NCBI GenBank assembly: GCA_973895155.1
Contig: OZ316892.1
Span: 28,960,932 to 29,024,931, forward strand
From: Marsupella aquatica
Taxonomy: Eukaryota > Plantae > Marchantiophyta
Direction of reading: 5' to 3'
Length of the DNA stretch: 64,000 nucleotides
Shown here: in pieces, positions 38,732 through 49,232 of the stretch
Position numbering within the stretch: position 1 is the stretch's first letter
How the letters are laid out: each line of letters begins with the position of its first letter
Program-made: the position numbers and the translations under genes
Notes under the pieces: generated by a model
What the model was told of the DNA's origin: nothing
Database searches by the model: none
Seen by the model: only the letters and a program-made list of their open reading frames with translations

Positions 38732-41500
38732 CTAAGGAATTCCTTGTTTCTGTTGAGGCCGCATCGCAACCTTCGATGGGTAATCCATCTGTGTAAGCAG
38801 CATACACCTCTGGAAGGAAAAGGCAGCCTCATCCCTTTCAATAACTCGGCCGAGGGCATCCAGCACTACAGCTTGCAGGTACAAACACTCCATGGCAAGA
38901 GATACATCCTCCATCATTTGCGCATGCTGCACAGCAACCTGTAAAGGCTCCAAAACGGCATTGGGCTCGGTTTGCACTGAGAAAGACGGATCACTTAGGT
39001 AGCACTGGGCAATGGCTAAGTTGGCCCGAGCACGGAGTTGAAGACTACCGTGGCCCAGAACTACAGGCATGCACAGCTGCAAAAGGACGAGAGGCCGTTG
39101 TCCCGGGAATACCCCTAACCCCAGCCAGAGCTCTGCTAGAGTTATGATTGCTGAAGCTTGCAGTAAATCAAGGTTCAACGACTGGCACAAAGTGAGGGCA
39201 GCCAACACATATGGCAGCCCTGTGACCGCATTTCCTGCTTTCTTATGAATGTCTGCCATGAGTAAAAGCATTTCAATGCTGTCTTGCTGCATGTTGCTTT
39301 TGAAGCAAAGCGAGAAGATTTTGTTTGCTGAAACCGCAGCCTCTTGGTACTGGCAAACCGCAAGGTGTATTTGCACTCTGTAGCTACTTGCCTGAACCTT
39401 GCTGGGCATATCTACGCCTGAAACCACTGATGCTATCGCCAAGAGCTCTCCACATGCCATCCGTGCTAAGTCGTGCTCCCCTTGCAGCAGGGCCCATTCA
39501 ATCCTGCTCTGCAATTGCATTGCCCTCACTCGCGACTTTGACAGTAGAGGGAACCGCTTACGTACTAAAGCAAGTGAATCTTGACTTGCTGAGTGCCCTT
39601 TAAGACTAGTCAGCAACTTCACCAGCTTGATGTAAGCCAGTGATAGATCATCCGCACTTGCCGCATCAGCATAGCAAGAAATGTGCACTAGAACACTCAC
39701 CCTGACCAAGGGTTCACAGCCATAATGCTCCCAGGAGGCAGCTCGCAGAAGCTGAGACGTGCCACCGAGTTTCAGTAGAGATCTTGCTAGGACACCCAGC
39801 TTCCCATTCGGCTTCCACCAGCCCCATCCAGAGGCTCCCAAGGCATTTGAAATTCCGGCCCCCTGTCCAATATTGTTTGCTGTATCTAAGTGGGGATTTC
39901 TCCCATGTGAATTAGCTGAATTTATTCTGAAAGTACTGCTGTCGAAATTACCCAGCAGCGAACTCGTGATTCTCAATATCCTGCAGACTTCCACAGGGGA
40001 TGTTCCGAACTGGGAGGAGTTTCTCATTCGTACCACAACACCTGTTTTGTGGACATGCTGGAGCTTTATTCTGGCAATAGCCAGACGACTAAAACCGATC
40101 AATTGTGGTAACTTCAGCTCCAGTGCCCTGCACAAACAGCGCTTCAGCAGACCAACGATATGCTGCTCTGGAGCCGGATAAAATTTGTATTCTGGATCAA
40201 GTCCAGGCTGTGTGATCCATTGGCACCTCTCATCATCCTCCGTGCACATCCCAACTTCTGAGAAGAGGTTGCAAAGGGCAGCCAGGGCATGGAGAAGACA
40301 GCCATTGTCATTATTCTGTTGAGCTATTAGAATTGACTCATTCAGCGCCTGCAAGGCCATTGTTATATGACCCATGTGCGAATGCATCTGTCCTAGACCA
40401 AGCAGCCCAGCTTGCAACCGTCCAATGCCCGATGAGTCGTAATGCGTGGTACTCCCAGGTACACTGACTTCCCCGGCACTGAAATCAAAGTACCGATGCA
40501 AACTTTCCATTGCAGCAGGGTAGTCTTTCTGAAAAAGGCAATTCAGGTACTGCAAATAGTGCACCTGGGGTATATGAAATGCTAACTCCTTCAGCTCGCA
40601 AAGTTTTGCAACGAATCCATCTGTGAACATTCTCTGAAAGCTCCTGTTCTTTTCAATAATCACAGCTTGCTCACTCAAATATGCCTCCACTTCTGCCGAA
40701 GTGCGTAGAAAGTACCTCCTTTTTCCATTGCCACTGCCTTCCCTCTTACGACTACTGCCACTTAAAACCTCCAAGACTGATGTACCCTGGCCTTCCTGTA
40801 CGTCCATAGCCTCAACGTGACCCTTACTTTGCCCACCTCCTAAAATTGATCCTTTCTCTTTCCTATCGCCACGCCTCCTCAAAAACGAACCTGTTTCTTC
40901 CTTTTCCCCGTCGTCCAGGAACTGGTGTTCCTGGAAGTAGCGAGTAAGAGGCGACTCAGGGGGAGCAGGAACCCCTGTAGCTAAGGCAACCAGCTCACAG
41001 TAACTCTGCAATTCACGGAGGAGCCTACACGTTCCCTCGAATGAGAGCTCATTGAATGATAAAATGCAGCGACGAAGAAAGAGGCCCAGGGTACTGCTCA
41101 ACTCCACGGTCAATTGATCACTGTCTCCCAGTCTATTGATAGAAAGGGTTGTACGTGACTGCTGCCCCAGAGCTAAAAGTTCTCGTAAGCTCAAAAACAA
41201 ATTGAACAAGTCTTCCACTGAAGCGATTGAGAGCAGAAGATTTCGAAGCTCTTCTGAAAATGCACTTCCTGCACCGAGCGAACTCTCAAGGTTACTCTCC
41301 AGCTCCTCATAGCTAGGCTCCAAGAGGCTACCGGAGGCCTTGAAGAACTCCAGTAAAAGGAGGGCAAGTTTGTGTCGAGAATAGTTGGAAAGAGCTACAA
41401 GATTTGTCGAACTTGTCCGAGATGTTCCCACAGCATTCAACAATATACACATTACCAGCTTGTGAGGGCTCAAGAGGAACCGACTTGGGACCCCCGCCAT
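38732..41500 (-). CDS. APC5: Anaphase-promoting complex subunit 5, single-exon ORF (922 aa)
   Basis: N-terminus LSPHKLVMCILL, LGLFLRRCILSF..LSFEG, HYLQYLNCLFQKDYPAAMESLHRYFD (Apc5 domain) and TPR-rich C-terminus; length as in plant APC5. Confidence 0.92.
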   Translation of the reverse strand: MAGVPSRFLLSPHKLVMCILLNAVGTSRTSSTNLVALSNYSRHKLALLLLEFFKASGSLLEPSYEELESNLESSLGAGSAFSEELRNLLLSIASVEDLFNLFLSLRELLALGQQSRTTLSINRLGDSDQLTVELSSTLGLFLRRCILSFNELSFEGTCRLLRELQSYCELVALATGVPAPPESPLTRYFQEHQFLDDGEKEETGSFLRRRGDRKEKGSILGGGQSKGHVEAMDVQEGQGTSVLEVLSGSSRKREGSGNGKRRYFLRTSAEVEAYLSEQAVIIEKNRSFQRMFTDGFVAKLCELKELAFHIPQVHYLQYLNCLFQKDYPAAMESLHRYFDFSAGEVSVPGSTTHYDSSGIGRLQAGLLGLGQMHSHMGHITMALQALNESILIAQQNNDNGCLLHALAALCNLFSEVGMCTEDDERCQWITQPGLDPEYKFYPAPEQHIVGLLKRCLCRALELKLPQLIGFSRLAIARIKLQHVHKTGVVVRMRNSSQFGTSPVEVCRILRITSSLLGNFDSSTFRINSANSHGRNPHLDTANNIGQGAGISNALGASGWGWWKPNGKLGVLARSLLKLGGTSQLLRAASWEHYGCEPLVRVSVLVHISCYADAASADDLSLAYIKLVKLLTSLKGHSASQDSLALVRKRFPLLSKSRVRAMQLQSRIEWALLQGEHDLARMACGELLAIASVVSGVDMPSKVQASSYRVQIHLAVCQYQEAAVSANKIFSLCFKSNMQQDSIEMLLLMADIHKKAGNAVTGLPYVLAALTLCQSLNLDLLQASAIITLAELWLGLGVFPGQRPLVLLQLCMPVVLGHGSLQLRARANLAIAQCYLSDPSFSVQTEPNAVLEPLQVAVQHAQMMEDVSLAMECLYLQAVVLDALGRVIERDEAAFSFQRCMLLTQMDYPSKVAMRPQQKQGIP

Positions 41501-41648
41501 CTCGACCCAAAAGTATTTCCTTCGGCTCTGGAAAAATCAAATGATTGCCCGTTTACATGAACATCAATACTACTTTACAGTATGACCTATCGCCGCACTC
41601 CACAGTATACTCAATCGGACGTGAGTAGGACGTGGCTAGCCATGAAGT

Positions 41649-43014
41649 CTAGGCCCCATCCTCGCTGCTACTCTTTGCGTGAGGTATCTCTCCACGTTTC
41701 TTTGTGAAAGGGACCTGAACAACCCCGAGAAAATCGTCCTTCAGGCTGCAATAAGTTTGGAAATTCTTCAAGTGCTCCAACCACTCCATTCCCACAACCT
41801 TCGCACGAATCACGGAGCCTTGCTCGATCTGTGACACCCCATCTGCGTGCTTCCATAATCCATCTCCCTTACTGTACTCGTACTTCCCCATGTGATTATC
41901 ACCAGAATTGTTACTAACGGCGAACTCCCCAGGTCCAAAATTGGCAATCACAGCCTTTTCTGTCACCTGGGAAAACCGACAAATGTCACACGAAACGTTT
42001 TAAAGGTTTAGGGTTTAAGGTCCAAGAATTCCGCAAACATCTCTGATTGCACAAGACAATCTCACCACATGGGCAGGCCCCAAATGGAACTACTTGACGA
42101 TGCGATACCCAGACTGACAAAGCAGACCTGTGCCGCCCCCCCCCCCCCCCCCCGAAGCCTAGAAAAAGGACGACAATTGGTTTGGCATTATCAATCAAGA
42201 GAGAGCACAGCTCACCTTTGAAACCGTTCCAAAAACGATCTCGCCCAGCACAGGTTTGAACGTCAAGCCACGGAAAGAAACAGGGTATGTGACGTATCCC
42301 TTCCCCTCCCTGATGGTTCCCCTCTCAACGTTCTCAATCCATGTGACAGCTACGAAATAGCCGTGCGCTTCTGTGCATCGCGTGTTGTCGAATCGTCTGA
42401 GCAGGGTCCGAATCTGTCCACACAATGACCCAAACAGCCAAACCAATAAAGGTGAGAAGAAATTCCCAGACCCCGAGAGAGATCTTAGAGAGTCGCACCC
42501 AATCTGTAGAAGTTCCCTCACGGTCAAGGTCCCGCTCTGTCGCCTTGAAAACTACGACAGACTGCGATTTAACTCCTGAAAAAACCTTCTCGGCACCCAC
42601 TCAAAACTCGATTGCTCTTCTTCCAGTGGTGCAAAGCAATTCTTCACGAGTTACTGAAAGCCCATTTCAGCTTAGGCCCGAATCAACTTATCCGAAGAAC
42701 ACCAGTCAAGCACAGGGTTGACAGTTCAAGGTAAACATATTTTCCTTTCCTTCTCCCATTGAGAAACATGCATGAAATCGGATGAGGCATCACAACAGAG
42801 TGGGGCGGGGAGAAATGCGAGTTCGGATGACGATACAAAGCAGGGTCCTTCTCCCATTGAGAAAAATGAATGAAAATCGGATGAGGCATCACAACAGAGT
42901 GGGGAGGGGAGAAATGCGAGCTCGGATGACGATACAAACCAGGGCCCTGTCAACGTTACTGAATTGGTGAGGCTGCACCGTGACGGTCCACAAGAACTCT
43001 GACTCGATAAACAT
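41649..43014 (-). CDS. NRPE7: RNA polymerase subunit 7 family protein, Pol IV/V type (NRPD7/NRPE7-like), 3 exons: 43014-42940, 42413-42216, 41966-41649 (196 aa)
   Basis: MFIESEFLWTVTVQP; GYFVAVT..; YPVSFRGLTFKPVLGEIVFGTV; KVVGMEWLEHLKNFQTYCSLKDDFLG resembles NRPE7 (VVVIGIKW...FQALASLEGDYLG) more than NRPB7. GT-AG, phase-0 junctions. RPB7 family is confident; the subtype is less so. Confidence 0.75.
42748..42946. repeat. ~100-bp tandem duplication at the start of intron 1 of the RPB7-like gene
   Basis: CCTTCTCCCATTGAGAAA...ATCGGATGAGGCATCACAACAGAGTGGGG...GGATGACGATACAAA.CAGGG occurs twice. Confidence 0.9.
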
Positions 43015-43919
43015 TGGATCCACTTCTCTCCGAACGCCGTCTCCTCGTCCACACCATCATCAAATCTTCTCCACCTCCACCTCTGTCTCCTCAGAGCCTC
43101 AATCCTCGGCATTTGCCGAAACGTCTCTTGGCTCTCAACTCTTTTCCCCGTTCAAATTTCCCCGTTTCTGGAATCTCTTCTGTACAGTCTACCGTGCACA
43201 AGTGCACCGTGTATAAGTACATTCCGTGGATAACTGCACCGTGTACCAAGCAAGTTAAGTGACCAAAGAGGTTTGGTCACAAAAGCTCAACTGTTGCAAA
43301 TGCACTCTCTTTAATAGTGTACACTGTATGAACTGTTGCAAATAACCTCTCTTTAATATTGTACATTGGAGAATCATGTGGGCAGAAAAGAGATTTGGAG
43401 GCATTTTTGGGCCCCCACCACAAAGCAATAAGTGCATTCTGCACATAACTGCACCATGTATAAGTGCATTCCATGGATGATTGCAGCCCAGTCGTGTAAT
43501 CCCCTAATACATTGGAGTGCTCCCTTTGCAAATGTGTAGGGTAGCCAAACCCCATAAGTGGGTAATATATGATGTAATATAATACACAAGTGCAAGCCTC
43601 ACTGGGTTACAGTCCATTATTCTTATAGCCCATGAGTCACAAGTGGGGAAACTGTTAGTTTAGATCCTCTAATATTAATATTGGAGCGCTTCGTTTATAA
43701 CTGTGTAGGGTTACCCATTCCCAAAAGGGAGTAATATGATGTAAACTGGAGGAGTTTGAATGCAAGGAGGTTGGAGCCCATTATCCCCAAGTGGGGATGG
43801 ATTACCTAGCATAAGTAAGCCCCAAGTGAATTTTTGAAACATTCACTTCAATTTTCATTTATCATTGTTTGCCACTTGTACATTCTCATTCAAATGTGAG
43901 AATCCCTAGACCACTTTGG

Positions 43920-44264
43920 TGTTAGTTTATGCCTCTAGTATAACTTATTTACTTCCATAATACTAGCTAGGCCTTAGCAAACTAGGATAGCACTTGTTTG
44001 AGTTCCAGGTTCCCATGGACTATGGGAGGGGGTATACCCAAAGGGAACACAACCTTGTGTTCCCACTTGAAGGTTCACTGTTCAGGAGAAAGTGAGAGAA
44101 GAGCTCTAGTATGGCCAGTGTAATTGTTTTGTATAACTGGATTTCTCTTATGACCGTGGACGTAGCCCAGATGAGGTGAACTACATACTTTCAATGTTGG
44201 GTTTTGTGGATGTTTTATTCACGTGTGTTGACGTTGGCTCTTTTGGTCTAGATGTATCCTAACA
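43920..44264 (+). mobile_element. Degraded solo-LTR-like sequence related to the 897/4487 copia LTRs
   Basis: TGTTAG...CTAACA ends. Internal CCGTGGACGTAGCC..GAGGTGAAC is the reverse complement of the conserved block in the other LTRs. No clean TSD. Confidence 0.6.
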
Positions 44265-46880
44265 GCTTGACACAAGTTTCTGTGGGTCCCCCGCAAGGTA
44301 ATATTTCCAAACCATCTCTAGAAATACAAAAGAAAAACTATATGAGAGGTTTATAGACTAGAAATTGCTCTGTCTGCAAGTGCAGGTCAACATCAGTAAA
44401 CGACAAATATATAAGTGCATTTCCAGCTATAAGAGGACATGCATTTATTAGTTACTGCGACGCATAGGTTAGACACCTCATGTTGATCCATCTATAGGGG
44501 GGGACACCAAAGTGAAGTCACTTTGTCTCTACCCTCAAGTGGCAGTGAGAGCCCGCACTGGAAGGGGACAGAGGCACTTGTTGAGGGCTGATGGAGCATA
44601 GATTCTCCCAGCACAAAAGCAGAGTGGAAGGCTCTGTTGCCCATCCACTTCCGACTAGAAACTTGAGAATCGCCTGAAATAGCAAACTCTCAAATCCTAC
44701 CCAACTCTTGGACAGCAAGGGGCTAACCTCTTCTAGGACTATGGAACATCAAAATTGGATTTCAGGGTAGGTTGTGATTATTTGGCCAAAGTCCAAATTC
44801 ACTAGTATGGCATATTTAGCTGAGGAGCGACATTCCTCCTTCATGGATCAAGCTGGGACTCTGCAAACCAGATAGATGGTTTTGCTCCTAAATTGAATTT
44901 CATTGTAGGGTGTCAATATTTGGCCAAAGTTCAGTACAGTAAACTGGTATGGCACATTTTGCCATTCCTTCATAAATCAACGTGGGACTCTCAAACCATC
45001 TCTTTGCCCAGCTGATTTGATCTTTCAAATCATCTAGATACTTTTTTATATATATCTTAAGTGATTTTCCAGTCTTTTTTAAAGTTTTAAAATTTTTAAT
45101 ATACGTTTATTCCGCGTGAACCCCACGGATGGGGGGGACCCCACGGGCCCAAAGGCAAAGAGCCCCAAATGACAAGGGATCTTCCAGTCTTGCAGGGTGT
45201 ACTTGCAAATTGACCTCATAACCTATTGCATGTATCGTCCAAGTGAGTCTGCTTGTTTTGGAATACACTAACCTCATGCCCATCCCTTGGAATTCAATAA
45301 TTGGTGAGAACAAACAGAAGCTCATTTCCCATCCCCATTAATGGTGTCTTCTGCCCCTGCCTGGCTAGAATCAAGGTAGAGAGGCTTTACTTGAGATCAC
45401 AGCCCTTATTCTGGCTTCTCTTGGTGATTATAAAGTTAGATTATTGTTTAGTTCATTAAATATGAGGCTTCACTCTAGAACATAGCCCTTATTCTAGCTT
45501 CATTTCATAATTACATAGTTAGATTTATGCACAGCACACAGGTCCACATAGATGTTATGTCGTTACATTTCTACACAGCACACAAGGCCCTGTCCTGATG
45601 GCGCAGGAAGTGAGCTGGTTGCTTAGATGGTCCATGTGCATTTTGACACTACTAGGGTGTTTCAAAGCTTCAAAGTTGCGGATGATGACTTTTGGCCATA
45701 GCTTTTTCACAGAGTTATGTACAAGTTATGTTTGATTTTTTTCATTAGTCTCTACAATACTTATGACCAATCTTTATGGCACAAGGTTATTGAGTACAAT
45801 TTTGAAAGTTGATAATTTTTTCTGTCCTTATCCTTAGCTACTAGTTTAAGAACCATCAAATGTTGAGGTTTGAGACCCAACTTAAGGTCATGGCATGTGA
45901 CCAATTTTGATGGCAAAAAGTGATGGATTATGAGTTTGATAGTTCATACTTTTTCTGTCCTTTACCACCATCAAACTGAGGTTTGAGATCCCCGAATGCA
46001 TCGGGGCATCTTGTCTGGTCTATGGAAGATTCAGTTTCATACACAACTGATCTCGGTTTCTAGACTTTTCACACATTTTCGGAAACGGGACCTACGACGG
46101 ACCTGCTCCTGCAAATACCAGTCTTGACTCTTCTCGCACATTGCCATAACACGCAATCTATGACCTGTACCTTCACAATCCTCGACCTTCATCCAACAAA
46201 TAGGGCCCCATTCGAATATATCCCACGTTTTCATCCACGCGAGTTTCTCCCCGACCTTGGGTCTCATCGATACTCGACTACTGGGACGCATGCAACCAAA
46301 GGAGAGTCCGATTTTGAAAGATTTAAGTAAATTACTTACATTGTGCAAGATAATGAGTCCATGTTCAGTAGTAAGCTCAACTGGCTATCTTCCATCAAGG
46401 GAAGTTGTCTTCGGTGGCCTGATTGTAACCGGCTCATTTCTAGTCCTTTCTGTCCCTTAATTCATTCCTTTCAATAGAATTTTCCATAACTGGAGGTTTC
46501 TCATCCGCGTGTTTCAGTTTCTATTAATGAACGAGTTGCCAACCTTCGTTTCATGAGTTGAGAATTCGTTCCAGCTCTTACGTTGCATTACCTCCCTCAC
46601 CGATGTACCGTTTCGGAGACAATCTCCCATGGAACACAGGGACAGCAAGGGTGCAGAGGCGACTGAAGCCACCATGAGAATGTACAAAACACGAGTAATA
46701 ACCGAAGAGAGATGGACTCCGAAGTGGGAAAAGAGATCATGCGCTAAAATGCTTGCGTCATCTTCCATTAAGTACACTAAATTACAATCCTCTACAGTCA
46801 GAAGGACATCAACACCGCCAGAAAGGTAAGTCTCGCCACGAACTTTATTCACAAAGTCATGATACAAACACATTAAGAAT

Positions 46881-48700
46881 CTAAGCAATTGATGCAACCA
46901 ACTTCTTTAGCAAAGCCACGGTCTCTGCGTATGCCTTTTCGGCTTTGGGAGTACTCTTGGTCTTTGCTGCATAATCCAGCTGCAATACAAACGATTGGTA
47001 GAAGATTATCAGAAAGCAGTAAAAAAACCAACAATAAATTGAACGACAGGTGTACCCAACCAAACGAAATTAGTGAACCATACAGAAGGACAAAATCAGG
47101 AGTTTAGATATAAAGACACTAACATTGTTCATGGAATCGAAGAGCAGGGCTTTCAATGCAGCCAGCTCCTTCTTCTCAGACTTGGGCTTAGAATCGATGA
47201 TGGTCTTCAAGTCAAAACCCAAGTAGGAAGCCTTGCTGCGGAGGTCGTTCATCACATATGGCCAGGCCTTCTTGTCGATGTAAGATTTGACGGCAATGAT
47301 CTGATCAGCTGCCTCCTTCACGCGGCCAGCAGCGGCTGTAGTGGGGAGGGCCTGCAAGTAAAACCTCTTGTTCAGGTCCAAATCGGTATCCCTTGCCTCA
47401 TCAGCGTTCTCAGTTCCGGCTGCAAAGGCAGGTAGCGTAAGAGTCAGCAAAACCAAGAAAAAATCCTTCAATTAAGTGAGACCACGGACCAAGCCTTCTC
47501 GCTACCAATGGACTACATTCGACCAATCCAGAGGACATCCGCAACTAAATAGACTGGAAAACAATGACCAGTGTCTCATTTGTGACAAGAGACAAGTAGC
47601 ACGGGCAATATTTAGCGGCAATTTGCCAGCCAACCAAAAACCAGGATCCGTGGGATCAACAGGGAGGCACTCACCAAATCCATGTCACCCGAGATAGGGG
47701 AACTCCCCCTCAGAAATCAATTCACAAGGATAGAGAAAAAAGTTCAAGAGATTCTTTCATGAGAGCAAGCTCTAAACTCTGCCAGACTGATGCTGCGAAA
47801 GGAACCCGAGATGGGAAGCGGACAAAAGGATTCTACAAGAGTCAACTTTTGCAAACCCACTCCGCTTGAACACTCCAAGGCCAACTAACCCACGTCCAAG
47901 AGACCCAACAAGTGGCAGTAACTCGAGCCATAATTCAATAGTAGGGAGTAAGACGCTCATTTCAACCAGAGAGGAATTGCATCAGAACTCGGAAGCAAAG
48001 AATATCTGCCAGCACAAAGGACGAAATGCTACTGGAATTAAATTTCTAGAGGAAATTACTAGAAAGAGCTAAGAGTGTCCTAGCCACGAAGGGAAGGTTG
48101 ACCAGGCCAGAAGGTCTCAGGAAAAGATCAGAACAAGGAGGAGATAGAGTCCTGCTATGAACAGGATTCCATCAGGAAATAGTCCCCCTTCACTAATACT
48201 CCTGTTCGAAAGAGATTCGGGGACTGGCAAGCTCATAGAGAGCCCCATCAAGGTTATGAAGCTCAATCGAAGGAGCATCAAATGGACGAGAAACCATCAA
48301 ACACAACTAAGCAATCCGAGGACTGTCCTCACGACTTAGCACACCCTCTCACCGACACACGCACAGAACGAAAAAGCAAAGAAAGCGGGAGAGCAGACTC
48401 ACGAAGTCCGCCGGATAGAGGTGGGGGTCCAGCAAGCGGGATGTCAACAAGAGCGCTGGCGGTCTGGACGAAGGCGCCGGCAGCTACGGTGGCAGCGAGC
48501 AAGCTCAAGACCGACCTCCTACTGGAAGTCTCGGCCTCCTCATTGTTCAGTGAAGCAGACACCACGACATTCCTCCTCACGGCGACAGCGCTGGTGCTAG
48601 CCCTGCCATTGAGAACTCGAGCATTCGCAGCTCCCTGTGCGGCCAACCCCTCGAGCTTGAAAGCTCCGCTGCTCACCACGCAGGCCAAGCTCTGTGCCAT
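46881..48700 (-). CDS. PsbQ: Photosystem II oxygen-evolving enhancer protein 3 (16 kDa), 3 exons: 48700-48403, 47419-47124, 46979-46881
   Basis: Transit peptide with twin-Arg SRRSVL, GPPPLSGGLPGTENADEARD, IDKKAWPYVMNDLRSKASYL, LDYAAKTKS; GT-AG junctions in phase. Confidence 0.95.
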
Positions 48701-49107
48701 ATTTCCACCTCGGGCCTGATCCTCTGCGTCTCTACCACAATCCCAGAAAGCCTCGAGAGCGAAATTGCAGACCCGATCAGATTCGTCGCACGTCTAGTCG
48801 AGATCCACTGCTTCTCGACTCTTCCTCTTGTGGCCTCGAGCTTCGAGGTGTGGAGTTTGTGAACGAGAACGATCGCGAGCACACTCTGGGAGAGTGGGAG
48901 GGGGCAAGATTCTCCGGGCAGCGGGCAGAGGGGGCGGGTCTGGGGGTACGAAGAAGCGGGCAGGCGGAAGGGGGAAGAGAGAGGGGAACGGTCACCGGGC
49001 AGGGAGCGAAGGTGCGGGGCGAGTAACATGGGCAGGGGCGAGATTTGGGTCACGGGTTGGGGTCCAATGCGGGCACGGAATCCAGGGTCGGGGCGGATGA
49101 GCATGTG

Positions 49108-49232
49108 GATAAGCAGGCAAGAGCGGGCAGGGGCCGGGCAGGGTAGCGGGCAGGGAGGAGCTGCCCCAGTCGGGTTCAGTGGGGCCGGGCTCGAGATACG
49201 GTAGATAAGGGGCTGGCCCCGGTACGGCCAAT
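49108..49232. promoter_or_regulatory. Candidate light-responsive I-box motifs (GATAAG x2) and CCAAT upstream of PsbQ
   Basis: GATAAG at 49108 and 49204, CCAAT at ~49228; short motifs, supported only by context. Confidence 0.3.
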
